Source: Octopus vulgaris (lineage: Eukaryota). From it: a DNA stretch of 64,000 bases. Positions 1-12,199 of the stretch are shown piece by piece. A program made the position numbers and the translations under genes. How positions within the stretch are numbered: the first letter of the stretch is position 1; each line of letters opens with the position of its first letter. The stretch lies in NCBI GenBank assembly GCA_951406725.2, contig OX597817.1:32302001-32366000 (forward strand). The letters run 5' to 3'. The notes beneath the pieces were generated by a model that worked only from the letters and a program-made list of their open reading frames with translations, was not told the origin of the DNA and made no database searches.

Positions 1-4
1 TTAG

Positions 5-58
<54 letters not shown>

Positions 59-703
59 CGTGTAAGTATACATGTCTTTGAGTTTGTCATCTATTCATAT
101 ACATGGGTTGCATGTTTTTTATTTACAGCTGTGTGTTTATGACAATGTATGCAATATTTAATATATTTCATACAAGGAAGTTGTGCTAAGAAGCTACAGT
201 GAATGTGTATGAGCTTGATAAAAAGATATCTCAATTTAATTATGTATGTATCACAGTTTTTTTCTCTCTTCCCAGGTCTTTTTTATCCTTTGTTCTTATT
301 TTAATTCTTGACTCAACATCTTCGTTATAATTATCAAAGGCAACAGTCGCGCGGCTCTCATCAGCGCTCTCATCACCACCATCACCATTACCACCAACAA
401 TGATATTATCAGTGGCCCCTTGGCAATATCTCATCACCAACCTCATCGTCCTCATTATCGTTGCTACCGTCTCCATTGTGATGTCATCAGCTTTGACCCA
501 TCACTTGATGTCATCGTGATTCTTCCCATTTTGAAATCGTTGGAATGCCTGTCATTGCCTACCGACACGAGCATAGACTGCTCTCATATGTGTGTGTGTA
601 TGCATGTATGTATGTATGTATCGTCTTTTAGAAAACATAAATCCGAAAGAAGAAGCGCACTCTAAGATGTGGAGCAACATATACTAAAAATGGGGAAGGT
701 CGG

Positions 704-774
704 TTTATGGGATTACCTTAGGTTTCCCGTCTATAAAGGGTGTAGCTTTATGGGGTATCGTCAGATCCCAAAAA
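704..774 (-). ncRNA. Type I hammerhead ribozyme motif (Penelope/retrozyme type)
   Basis: Minus strand reads tttttGGGAT-CTGACGA-[tacccc ATAAAG ctacacc CTTTAT agacgg]-GAAAC-ctaag-GTA^ATCCCataaa. Stem I is TGGGAT/ATCCCA, extendable to 10 bp with one mismatch. Helix III is near-palindromic ACCTAAGGT. Predicted cleavage between 714 and 713. Confidence 0.75.
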
Positions 775-874
775 CTTGTTGGTCCATGACCTCTTAAAAA
801 TACCTTTAAGAGGTCGTGGGCCAACAGGTTTTGGGGATCTGACGATACACCATAAAGCTAAACCCTTTATGGAC
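729..874. repeat. Imperfect inverted repeat with arms of about 70 bp, overlapping the hammerhead
   Basis: gtctataaaggg...gacctcttaaa is reverse-complementary to tttaagaggtc...ccctttatggac, with about 7 mismatches, 4 of them T:G on the + strand. Confidence 0.9.
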
Positions 875-877
875 TTA

Positions 878-983
878 TCTGCCAAGTTTGTGCCAAAATC
901 GCTTTCAGCTGGACACTCGGGTTTCAGTTGCACAAAATTTCCTTGATTGTGTCGAGAACACTGAAAACTTTTTGAAAACTTTG
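878..983 (+). pseudogene. Mariner transposase fragment
   Basis: Translates, with a frameshift, to SAKFVPKSLS / TRVSVAQNFLDCVENTENFLK. This resembles the mariner WVPxxL linker and the following helix. Confidence 0.5.
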
Positions 984-1149
984 CGTAGGCTTCTGATCAA
1001 GCATCGCTAAACTTTTGGCAAAAATTTGATGCAAATTCTCTACTCATCTTTCTGTCTCAACTATTTTTTGCCTGTAGATCCCTTCGAGTATAATTTTACT
1101 CGGGTGGGCCCTCATAGCCATTCGATGTTTAAAAAAAGTTCCTATTATA

Positions 1150-1324
1150 GGCGCAGGAGTGGCTGTGTGGTAAGAAGCTTGTTTACCAACAACACGGTTC
1201 CGGGTTCATTCCCACTGCGTGGCACCTTGGGCAAGTGTCTTCTACTATAGCTTCGGGCTGACCAAAGCCTTGTGAGTGGATTTGGTAGACGGAAACTCAA
1301 AGAAGCCCGTCGTATATATGTATA

Positions 1325-1372
<48 letters not shown>

Positions 1373-1590
1373 CGTGTATGTTTGTATGTCTGTGTTTGTC
1401 CCCCAGCATCGCTTGACAACCGATGCTGGTGTGTTTATGTCCCCGTCACTTAGCGGTTTGGCAAAAGAGACCGATAAAATAAGTACTGGGCTTACAAAGA
1501 ATAAATCCCGGGGTCGAGTTGCTCGATTAAAGGTGGTGCTCCAGCATGGCCGCAGTCAAATGACTGAAACAAGTAGAATAGAGAGTAAAA
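1150..1590 (+). mobile_element. tRNA-derived SINE, family A (CORE-like)
   Basis: A-box TGGCTGTGTGG, B-box-like GGTTCATTCCC, CORE-like CTTGGGCAAGT, central (TA)/(TG) tract and GTAAAAGA-type tail. More than 10 homologous copies occur in the window. Confidence 0.9.
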
Positions 1591-1602
1591 GACAGTATTA
1601 TA

Positions 1603-1989
1603 GGCGCAGGAGTGGCTGTGTGGTAAGAAGCTTGCTTACCAACCACATGATTCAGAGCTTAGTTCCACTGTGTGGAACCTTGGGCAAGTGTCTTCTACTA
1701 TAGCCACGGGCCGACCAAAGGCTTGTGAGTGGATTTGGCAGACGGAAACTGAAAGAAGCTCGTCGTATATATATATGTGTGTGTGTTCGTGTGCTTGTGT
1801 GTCTGTCTTTGTCCCCCACCCCGTTTGACAACCGATGTTAGTGTGTTTACGTCCCTGTAAGTTAGCGTTTCGGCAAAAGAGACCGATAGAATAATAGGCT
1901 GACAAAGAATACGTCCTGGGATCGATTTGTGCGACTAAAGGCGGTGCTCCAGCATGGCCGCAGTCAAATGACTGAAACAAGTAAAAGAG
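1603..1989 (+). mobile_element. SINE family A, second tandem copy
   Basis: Same head-to-tail structure, directly after the first copy. Confidence 0.9.
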
Positions 1990-3548
1990 TATTATATTTT
2001 TACAATTAAAATTAGGAATTGCATTAAAAAAAACTCTTAAGATACCTGGTGTATTGAAGCAATTTATTGCACATAAATTTCAACAAAAATCTCTTATATG
2101 GACCCTTAGGAGCTATTATGACGCCTGTTGGGAACCACTGCTATATAATGTCATTCACCCTACAAAAAATAGCAACCAAACTCCCCTCAATTTGTACACA
2201 ACAATCTTAAAATGAAAAGTTATATTGGATAATGTAGAATATACAAAATGGCAGGATGGCCAATGCTGAAACTTGAGGATAAAAAGCATAAAAGAAAAGA
2301 CAAAGAGAATCTGAAACAGAGTATATATGATACATATATGATGTATGATATCATTGGAAGTAGCGAGAGAAGAATGCATTGCTGTTGATTTCGTATTTTT
2401 GCTAAGATGTTTATGAGTTTATCTACAGATTATCTTAGTATATTATTATGGGTTTACTTTTTGATTGAAGCTATTTCATTCCATAAATAATACGAAAAGT
2501 TATATGAGAAACGTATGAGCTCATAAACTTTGCATTTCTCTCAATTAGTCAAAATAAACCAGAATAATGATCTGCCTTCTATAGAGTAGATGAATTCGAA
2601 AACAAGTACAATCTAAACCTACCAAATTCATTCACAAAGATAAAGATAAAGAAGACTATGATAGAAGACAGTTGCCCAAGTTAGCGTGTTTGTGAAACAG
2701 ACTTCTTAACCACACATTCAATCTGCGTCGAGTTTCAGACTCTCTGACAGTCATCGTCAAGCCCTGGACATAACTATCTCGAGTCCTAAGACTCGTAGAG
2801 GCTAGTTGCCCAGTTTCCATGGCATATGAGGGATCGAGATCACATCTCCATGAACGGGTTGCCATTCTGTCGCAGAGCTGAGCTGATTGGATTACCTTGA
2901 AATAAATTGTTTTGCCCAAGAACACAACACCCTAACCACTAACTAACGCACTCGCCTCCAGCAGTAAACTTGTTTAAATGTTACTACTGTGTGTAAGAAG
3001 ATACAAGAATATGCATCAAGGCGTTGCTAGTTGTCAGACAGTGAACAACCAGTGAAGCCTATCTTTTAGTTGTCAACACCATTGAGCGACACGAAGGAAA
3101 AACATTCGGAGAGAAGCGATTTCATGTTCTGCTCAATTTACTTCCAAATATAAATGATACAATGGAGCCATGTTAATGTCACAGTTAAACCATTTTGTAA
3201 TTTGACAGGTAAAGCCTGCTCGGATCCGATGTAAAACTTTGTTGTAAAACTTTCACTTGTGCTTAATCAGACGAGATATATTTTTGATATGACATTAAGT
3301 AAACAACTATAGAAATTGTAACTTGCAGTCTGTAGAAATAATTAGTTTCTTTTCACTTATTTTATGATTCCATTTGGAATGTCTATAATTATAAGTAAAG
3401 AAGTGACTGTAAGCTTTATAGGGTGTGGAGATGATTCGTTTGAGTAAGATTCATGTAGTTAATATAAACGAATATTGTAACCTCCTCGTTTTCCCTACCC
3501 TAGGTATACCTCCATAATTTCTTGTTTGTTTGTTTGTTTTATTGTGAA

Positions 3549-4130
3549 AGGCGCAGATATGGCTGTGTGATTCAAAAGTTCCGTTCACAACCACATGGAT
3601 TCGGGTTCAGTCCCACAGCACAACACCTTGGGCAAATGTTTCCTACTTCTAGCTCTGAGTTGACCAATACCTTGTTAGTGAATTTGGTTGCCAGAAACTG
3701 TGTAGCGGCGAGCTGGCAGAAACGTTAGCACGCCGGGCGAAATGCTTTGTGATATTTCGTCCGCCGCTGCGTTCTGAGTTCAAATTCCGCCGAGGTCGAC
3801 TTTGCCTTTCATCCTAACGGGGTCGATAAATTAAGCACCAGTTACGTACTGGGGTCGATATCATCGACTTAATCCGTTTGTCTGTCCTTGTTTGTCCCCT
3901 CTATGTTTAGCCCCTTGTGGGCAATAAAGAAATAAGAAACTGTGTGGACAGGCCAGTCGTGTGTATGTGTGTGTCTACTGCTTGACAAACGGTGTTCGTT
4001 TTTTACGTCTCCGTAACTCAGAGATTCGGCAAAAGATACCATTAGAATAAGTACCAGACTTTAAAATAAGTACGACTAAAACTTTCAGGCTGTGCCCCAG
4101 CATGGCCAATGACTAAAACAAGAAAAAGAT
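3549..4130 (+). mobile_element. Old family A SINE with a nested family B SINE (about 3705-3937)
   Basis: A diverged family A head and tail are split by gcggcgagctggcagaaacgttagc...gggcaataaagaaat. Confidence 0.8.
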
Positions 4131-4761
4131 ACAAAGAAAAGAACCATAACTTAGAGAGGAGGAAGCGCTTTTTTGTAATACCTCCAAAAAGAAAGGTACA
4201 AGAAAGAAATGAAGAAACTGAACACATGATCCAAACTCTTGCAATAAAGTAAACTCCGTCCGTAAAAGGTACTTCCGGCAGTAAAATGTTACGCAGTTAT
4301 GAACAAAATGGTAGAGCACTAAATAAGACCGTTTCTTCATGTTTCACTTGAACTGCTCGTTGTCGATTTCACAATCCGCAGAAGTCAACTTAGACATATA
4401 TGTGTGGAGGGTCAATAGAATATAAAACAGTTTTACTCTGGATTTAGTTCAAGCGGCTATAACCTTCTTTAATATACACAAATATATAAATGCTCTAATA
4501 TCTATTACAGCCTTGGTTTTTTTATTTTATTACGCAAAAAATTCTTATATACACACGCTGACGGAGAACCAACGTTGAACTCTTTATTCGCAATATTACC
4601 GAATCTGGAACTTAACTATGGTCTATCTATAGCACTTATTCAGCATTACCTGACACCTTTGGGTCTCAATGACACCATTCTCTCTTATAACCTCAAATAT
4701 TTACTTCATATATAATCAGATGAAATCAATATTCCGTAGTAATTTTTTTTAAATGCTAAGT

Positions 4762-5148
4762 GGAAGCACTCCGTCGGTTACGACGACGAGGGTTCCGGTT
4801 GATCCGAATCAACGGAACAGCCTGCTCGTGAAATTAACGTGTAAGTGGCTGAGCACTCCACAGACACGTGTACCCTTAACGTAGTTCTCGGGGATATTCA
4901 GCGTGACACAGAGAGTGACAAGGCCGGCCCTTTGAAATACAGGTACAACAGAAACAGGAAGTAAGAGTGAGAGAAAGTTGTGGTGAAAGAGTACAGCAGG
5001 GATCACCACCATCCCCTGCCGGAGCCTCATGGAACTTTTAGGTGTTTTCGCTCAATAAACACTCACAACGCCCGGTCTGGGAATCGAAACCGCGATCCTA
5101 TGACCGCGAGTCCGCTGCCCTAACCACTGGGCCATTGCGCCTCCACCA
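4762..5148 (-). mobile_element. tRNA-derived SINE, family C, with 11-bp TSD
   Basis: Head GGAGGCGCAATGGCCCAGTGGTTAGGGCAGCGGACTCGCG, B-box GGTTTCGATTCC. Direct repeat AAATGCTAAGT at 4751-4761 and 5149-5159. Confidence 0.9.
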
Positions 5149-5397
5149 AAATGCTAAGTACCATATTAGAGTACTTCATCAAGAGCAGTTAAGGGAAGAT
5201 AGGAAAATAAACCAACAGAACAACAGTCTTCCCGCAACTTACCATTGTCCACATTGTGATCTCTCGGCTAGTTCTATATTATCTGTGGTGACCTGAGGGC
5301 TAACATGAGGAGTCACCATGAATGAATTATAAACATTGGTGAGTACTAGTAACAGTAATGTGAGTGTGTTGTTGGCTATTACGTTAGATGTTTTTAA

Positions 5398-5797
5398 AGC
5401 GGCAAGCTGACAGAATCATTAGCAAGCCGGGCGAAATGCTTAGCAGTATCTCGTCTGCCGTTACGTTCTGAGTTCAAATTCCGCCGAGGTCGACTTTGCC
5501 TTTCATCCTTTCGGGGTCGATTAAATAAGTACCAGTTACGCACTGGAGTCGATATAATCGACTTAATACCTATGTCTGGCCTTGTTTGTCCCCTCTGTGT
5601 TTAGCCCCTTGTGGGTAATAAAGAAATAGGTATTTCGTCTGCCGCTACGTTCCGAGTTCAAATTCCGCCGGGGTCGACTTTGCCTTTAATCCTTTCGGGG
5701 TCGATAAATTAAGTACCAGTTACGTACTGGAGTCAATGTAATCAACTGGTCCCCTCCCCAAAAATGTCAGGCCTTGTGCCTATAGTAGAAAGGATTA
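5398..5797 (+). mobile_element. SINE family B with internal duplication
   Basis: Head gcggcaagctgacagaatcattagc. The block GAGTTCAAATTCC...CCTTTCGGGGTCGAT...AAGTACCAG is present twice. Confidence 0.85.
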
Positions 5798-5902
5798 TGT
5801 TAGATGTTTTTTTGTTTGTGTTTGTCATCACACTGAACTCTCATGTCATCTTCGATGAGAGAGTCCATCCCATAGATAGAGAGACAGACAGACGGACAAG
5901 TA

Positions 5903-5974
<72 letters not shown>

Positions 5975-5980
5975 AATAAG

Positions 5981-6012
5981 GATAATATCGATATTTAAAT
6001 ATCGATATTATC
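5981..6012. repeat. 32-bp perfect palindrome
   Basis: GATAATATCGATATTTAAATATCGATATTATC. Confidence 0.9.
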
Positions 6013-6073
6013 AAGTGGCCAGCATGGGAAAAAATACCGTACAAAGGTAATAATTTTTTAACCACTAAAAATA

Positions 6074-6120
6074 AGGGTGTCTGAGAGACACCACCATGCC
6101 GAAATAGCAGTCAAAACCCT
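6074..6120 (+). ncRNA. Degenerate hammerhead-like motif
   Basis: AGGGTgt-CTGAGAGA-caccaccatgcc-GAAA-tagca-GTC-aaaACCCT. The core and stem II are imperfect. It sits in a ~320-bp insert flanked by (TA)n. Confidence 0.3.
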
Positions 6121-6294
6121 GACTTTAAGAACCACGTTAAATGTTCATATCGTACCATGAGATAAGAAGAGGGACAAAATAGACTAGCAAAAAATATTAT
6201 TGAATAATTCAAGATCCAGGATTTCTGGTTTAGCTTTAAATAAGCTTTACCGTCAACGGTTGAATATATCAAAGTACATAAATACAGATATAGT

Positions 6295-6351
<57 letters not shown>

Positions 6352-6766
6352 ATACCTATATACCGTATACGCGAGATTCTTAGCATTCTATTCCACTTTT
6401 CCCGTAGACGACGTTGCTCTAACTTATTTTGAGTTATTTATTGAACACTTTTATCGTAAATGGCATGTCTTGGGAGAGTTGGAAGCTGAGTTAAGATACG
6501 CCAAGTCAAGCGCATGAATGTCTAATGCGTGTGTGAGTGTGTGTGCGTGCGTATGTGCATGTGAGAGTGAGTGAGTGAGTGCGTGTGTATAAAATTGTTT
6601 GTATACATACATATATATGTGTGTGTATGTATATATAATATATATATAAAACTGAGAATGTGTCTGTGTGTGTGTATGTGAGAGTGAGTATGTGTGTATA
6701 AAATTGTTTGTATAAATACATATATATGTGTGTGTATGTATATATAATATATATATAAAACTGAGA

Positions 6767-6801
<35 letters not shown>

Positions 6802-7036
6802 CATCACTAAAATTCGAGAACTACCCAAACAAATTCATTCAAATTTCACACATGCATTACTTAGGGTCCATGGAATGTCATGGGCTCCAATAATTTTCAA
6901 CTTTTTGCCTAATGCGAGCCCAGAGCAATCTCATCGACTGTTTCTGTATTACATTTCAAAAATGTATTGTTTAGAAAATGAAACAATAATATCTCTATTG
7001 TAATATGAAATAATAGTATATGTATATAATATAATA

Positions 7037-7453
7037 GGCGCAGGAGAGGTTGTGTGGTAAGTAGCTTGCTTACCAACCACATGGTTCCGGGTTCAGTCCC
7101 ACTGCGTGGCATCTTGGGCAAGTGTCTTCTGCTATAGCCTCGGGCCAACCAAAGCCTTGTGAGTGGATTTGGTAGACGGAAACTGAAAGACGCCCGTCGT
7201 ATATATGTATGTATATATATAAGTGTGTGTGTGTATGTTTGTGTGTCTGTGTTTGTCCTAGCATTGCTTGACAACCGATGCTGGTGTGTTTACGTCCCCG
7301 TCACTTAGCGGTTCGGCAAAAGAGACCGATAGAATAAGTACTGGGCTTACAAAGAATAAGTCCTGGGGTCGATTGGCTCGACTAAAGGCGGTGCTCCAGC
7401 ATGGCCGCAGTCAAATGACTGAAACAAGTAAAAGAGTAAAAAAAAAAAAGAGT
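7037..7453 (+). mobile_element. SINE family A
   Basis: Full-length copy homologous to 1150-1590. Confidence 0.9.
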
Positions 7454-7697
7454 AATAATGAAACTATTATATCACATTACATATATACGTGCATACATAC
7501 ATATACATATACATAAATATATACATATAACATAGGTTAAGTACTGGTTGTCACAAAAGTATTAAAATACATATATACGTTCTTTGAAAATAATAATAAG
7601 AAAACGTTAAAAACAGTTTACAAGAAAATATCTAAGAAAATATTAAACAAAAAGGTCAATAAAAATATTAGGAGTTCAATAAAAATCATGTTAGGTA

Positions 7698-7740
<43 letters not shown>

Positions 7741-7776
7741 AAAAAGGAGATGTCGAACACGAGTGGTGATATATAA

Positions 7777-7974
7777 AAAAGGAAATGAAGAAAATGCTGA
7801 CAAATAATTGAAGTAATTTAAGTAATTTAATTAGGTGAAAGTTCTTTTTATTGCGCATTTGTTATACTTATCATATTTTGATAAGCATAACAAATGCGCA
7901 ACCAGTAAAAAGAACTTTCACCTAATTAAATTACTTAAATTACTTCAATTATTTGTCAGCATTTTCTTCATTTC

Positions 7975-7979
<5 letters not shown>
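7777..7979. repeat. Near-perfect palindrome of about 200 bp
   Basis: aaaaggaaatgaagaaaatgctgac...cttatca, loop tattt, tgataag...gtcagcattttcttcatttcctttt. There is one 4-nt indel (ccag) and one substitution. Confidence 0.92.
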
Positions 7980-8010
<31 letters not shown>

Positions 8011-8051
8011 CGGACAGACAAACAGATAGACAAACAGATAGACAGACAGAC

Positions 8052-8131
<80 letters not shown>

Positions 8132-8289
8132 TTGCGTGGGAGAAAAGTATGTTCATGTGTATATACATGAAATTTTATACGCATAAAAAGGATAAACATT
8201 ACCTAAGATATATATAGATGTAAATCTATGTAACTTTATACACCAAAGCCAACATATATATTTATTCGTGTGTGCGTGTGTATATATAC

Positions 8290-8324
<35 letters not shown>

Positions 8325-8548
8325 TGTATGTATGTATGTATGTATGGATTGGATGGATGGATGGATGGATGGATGGATGGATGAATTGATGGAGAGATGT
8401 GTATATATATGTGTGTAGATGTATGTATGTATGTATGTATGTATGTATGTATGGATTGGATGGATGGATGGATGGATGGATGGATGGATGAATTGATGGA
8501 GAGATGTGTATATATATGTGTGTAGATGTATGTATGTATGTATGTATG

Positions 8549-8600
<52 letters not shown>

Positions 8601-8609
8601 TATATACAG

Positions 8610-8663
<54 letters not shown>

Positions 8664-8666
8664 GAA

Positions 8667-8722
<56 letters not shown>

Positions 8723-9313
8723 GTGTATATATATATATATAATATATGAATATATATATACATGTATATATATTCATATATATATGAATATATATACATA
8801 TATACACACACACACAATAAACATACATAAACAAGTACGTAGGCGTTCATGAAATACATGCATGTGAGACGTGTGTATGTATGTATGTGTGTACAAATAT
8901 TTATATATAGATGCACATGTGTTCTCAGTTGAGACGTGAAATTCTGTCTGTGTCCATAAATCTGTGTATTATATTCAATAAACTCCGCAGTATTGTTTCA
9001 AATAATAATTATTAGAACACATAAACGAATTACCATGTTCATTGCTTGTTAATTTATTCACCATTCTGTTTCATAACACAACCACTCATTCGCTCATGCG
9101 CGCACACGTGCTCTCACGCACGCACACACTTGTATACGCGCTCGCATACATACACAAAAAACACATACATAAAACACTCATACATGCATAAATACATGTA
9201 TGTGTGTGTGTGTGTGTGAATATACACAGACACATACGTATACATGTTCAATGCATGCATGCATATGTATGAATGTGTTTGTATGTGTACGTATGCATGT
9301 ATGTATATGTGTG

Positions 9314-9378
<65 letters not shown>

Positions 9379-9465
9379 GTATGTTTATACACACACACAC
9401 GCACACACCTTTACACACTCCTATAGTCATTTATACTTCCAGAGATATATTCACTTTCTCATGCA

Positions 9466-9544
<79 letters not shown>

Positions 9545-9696
9545 GTATGTATATATATGTATATATATATATATGTATATATGTATGTATATATGTATGT
9601 ATATATGTATGTATATATATGTGTATATATATTTGTATATATATGTGTATATATATATACATATATACACATATATAGACATATATATATATACAT

Positions 9697-9792
<96 letters not shown>

Positions 9793-9900
9793 TCTCAAAT
9801 ACCCACAAGTACACAATGAAATCCACTACCATACATACAAACGCGTGCGCACGCACGCACACACACACATACACACACACACACACTCACACATACTCTC
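7980..9900. repeat. Compound microsatellite field: (TA)n, (AGAT)n, (TATG)n, (GGAT)n, (GA)n
   Basis: Direct inspection. It is the source of the YIYI/MYVC pseudo-ORFs and includes a ~110-bp tandem duplication at about 8310-8530. Confidence 0.95.
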
Positions 9901-10109
9901 CTTCATACATGAGTGCACTTATGTCTGAACTTGAACAAATATATACACCGTACTCACACGCATATGTGAGTGCGCGTAATACCTGCATGTATACATACAT
10001 AAATGCGTTACATATAAACGTATATTATCATATGCGATTCTTTCATCAACCAGGGTTGACCATGCATCTGCAGCCATATTAAGACGCAACCCTAAGTAAG
10101 GGTCTAGTG

Positions 10110-10328
10110 CAGTGGTTTTCAACCAGGGTTCCGCTGAACCTTAGGGTTCCGCCAGTACAGTCCAGGGGTTCTGCAAGAAGTTACAAAACTGCTAAAATCG
10201 GCAGTAATTTTTAATTCTCCTGTGCAGATATGTGTGCAAAAGACTATTAAATTATTGCACAGTGGTTCCTCGAGCCAGTGGAATGTTTTCTTGGGGTTCC
10301 GCTCCAGCAAAAATGCTGAAAAGCACTG
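10110..10328. mobile_element. hAT (Charlie-like) MITE
   Basis: Termini CAGTGGTTTTCA / TGAAAAGCACTG, exact 8-bp TSD GTCTAGTG (10102-10109 and 10329-10336), and repeated subterminal GGTTCC motifs. Confidence 0.9.
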
Positions 10329-10669
10329 GTCTAGTGGGTAACCAATAGTTGCTCATGCACGCATCTCTACCCAATGCTTTCCAAAGAAAAGATAAAGGCC
10401 GTTAGAGTTTAGCACCATTATTGTTTCACGCATCGCCGCCCGAACGCTAAGAGTCGAAATAGACAACGCAAAGCATATCTGGTGCAAGAAATTCTGCCAA
10501 TTGCACTGCCCTCGATTGGTACTTTAGGGGTTGTATAACATTAAAAGTACGAATCCAGGTCTTCAAAGTCTTCAAATTTTTGCTTAACGGTTTATATGAC
10601 CAGTCTTTTGGGTCATCCCCTGAGCAAATTTTCTAGTCCTTAAAATAACTTCAATTTAACATCTGCATC

Positions 10670-10706
<37 letters not shown>

Positions 10707-10978
10707 GTAGATAGATAGATAGATAGATAGATAGATACATACATACATACATACATACATACATACATACACACACACATACACACACACACACATACAT
10801 ACATACATACATACATACATACATACATACATACATACATACATACATACATACATACATACATACATACATACATACATACATACATACATACATACAT
10901 ACATACATACATACATACATACATACATACATACATACATACATACATACATACATACATACATACATACATACATAC
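10670..10978. repeat. (TAGA)n-(TACA)n microsatellite
   Basis: Direct inspection. Confidence 0.95.
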
Positions 10979-11069
10979 TAACATGCATACACATAAATAT
11001 TCATGCACGCAAACATACGTACCCATCAAATCAAGTCGTTTCCAAAAATTTCTGAGACACCGACAATTT

Positions 11070-11410
11070 TTTACCAATCTTTTCCATCCTTCTTCCAGGA
11101 CTTTCTTTAAGCATAGCAATATTCTCATCGCTGTCCACGTCACAATATCAATGAAGCAATCTTTCTTAGCCCGGCCTCTTTTTCTCACCTTTTATTTTTC
11201 TAAATATCATTGTATTAGCAAGTGACCCGGCCAGTTTACTGATTTGACATAAGTTTTGCGTTTTCATCCGTCTTACTGTTTCTGTGAGACTTTCTCTCTT
11301 CCCAACCAAAACATTAAGTAAATCTTGACTGACTGCTTGTTTCGGCAATCCTTCTCTGTAATACCAAGAATTCTATGAAAATGTCTCATTTTGAACATTG
11401 ACAATTTCAT
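11070..11410 (-). pseudogene. RTE-clade LINE 3' fragment
   Basis: Frameshifted translations ESLTETVRRMK...GSLANTMIFRKIKG / RKRGRAKKDCFIDIVTWT match the RTE C-terminal pattern (G-x-I-x-G-x-R-x-RGRP-x-x-x-W-x-D). Confidence 0.6.
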
Positions 11411-11518
11411 GACAGTTGTATTTGCTTGAGTGTTTCTTGTTGTTTTTGTTTTGTTGTTTTTCTGTATGTCTACGTCTCACATCCATGCGACACAACTGCA
11501 ATCATAGTTTATTGTATT

Positions 11519-11735
11519 ACTCTTACTCTCTTTTACTTGTTTCAGTCATTTGACTGCGGCCATGCTGGAGCACCACCTTTAGTCGAGCAAATCGACCCCG
11601 GGACTTATTCTTTGTAAGCCCAGTACTTATTTTATCGGTCTCTTTTTGCCGAACCGCTAAGTGACGGGGACGTAAACACACCAGCATCGGTTGTCAAGCG
11701 ATGGTGGGGGGACAAACACAGACACACAAACATAT

Positions 11736-11782
<47 letters not shown>

Positions 11783-11951
11783 TATATACGACAAGCTTCT
11801 TTCAGTTTCCGTCTACCAAATCCACTCACAAGGCTTTGGTCGGCCCGAGGCTATAGCAGAAGACACTTGCCCAAGATGCCACGCAGTGGGACTGAACCCG
11901 GAACCATGTGGTTGGTAAGCAAGCTACTTACCACACAGCCACTCCTGCGCC
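11519..11951 (-). mobile_element. SINE family A
   Basis: Full-length reverse-complement copy. Confidence 0.9.
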
Positions 11952-12199
11952 TATTAGCTTTAGTTTGTGGATTGTTCCATGCGGAAAGGCAAGTCCACTG
12001 ACAGTCAGAGTCATGGATTGCTGGAACCGACCGTTCTGTTAAGGCCTGGGGCAAGAACTCCATATCGGTAGGATCTAGGATCAGTCTCACCCAGAAATGG
12101 GCTTAGAAAAAGATAGAGCCGTGCCTTTCCTCGGTTTTCGTCAGACCAGTTTGGGGCGTCATCTTTGTCGTTTCTTGAGAATGAGACGCTTACCTCTTG

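Noticed and set aside
240-476. 78-aa minus-strand ORF
   Set aside because: It is short and low complexity, has an in-frame stop just upstream, and has no recognisable domain.
1272-1703. Recurrent ORFs such as MSGFGRRKLKE... and ...AEDTCPRCHAVGLNPEPCGW
   Set aside because: They are incidental frames in SINE copies, not a gene family.
4762-5148. tRNA-like heads with A and B boxes
   Set aside because: They are SINE heads followed by a body and TSD, with no complete cloverleaf acceptor stem, so they are not called tRNA genes.
7797-7848. CTGACAA...GAAAGTTCTT within the 7.8 kb palindrome as a hammerhead
   Set aside because: The core is mismatched and there is no credible stem I.
8153-9928. Long ORFs of [12 protein letters not shown] type, here and at 10.6, 16-17, 19, 22-25, 31 and 43 kb
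   Set aside because: They are translations of stop-free microsatellites.
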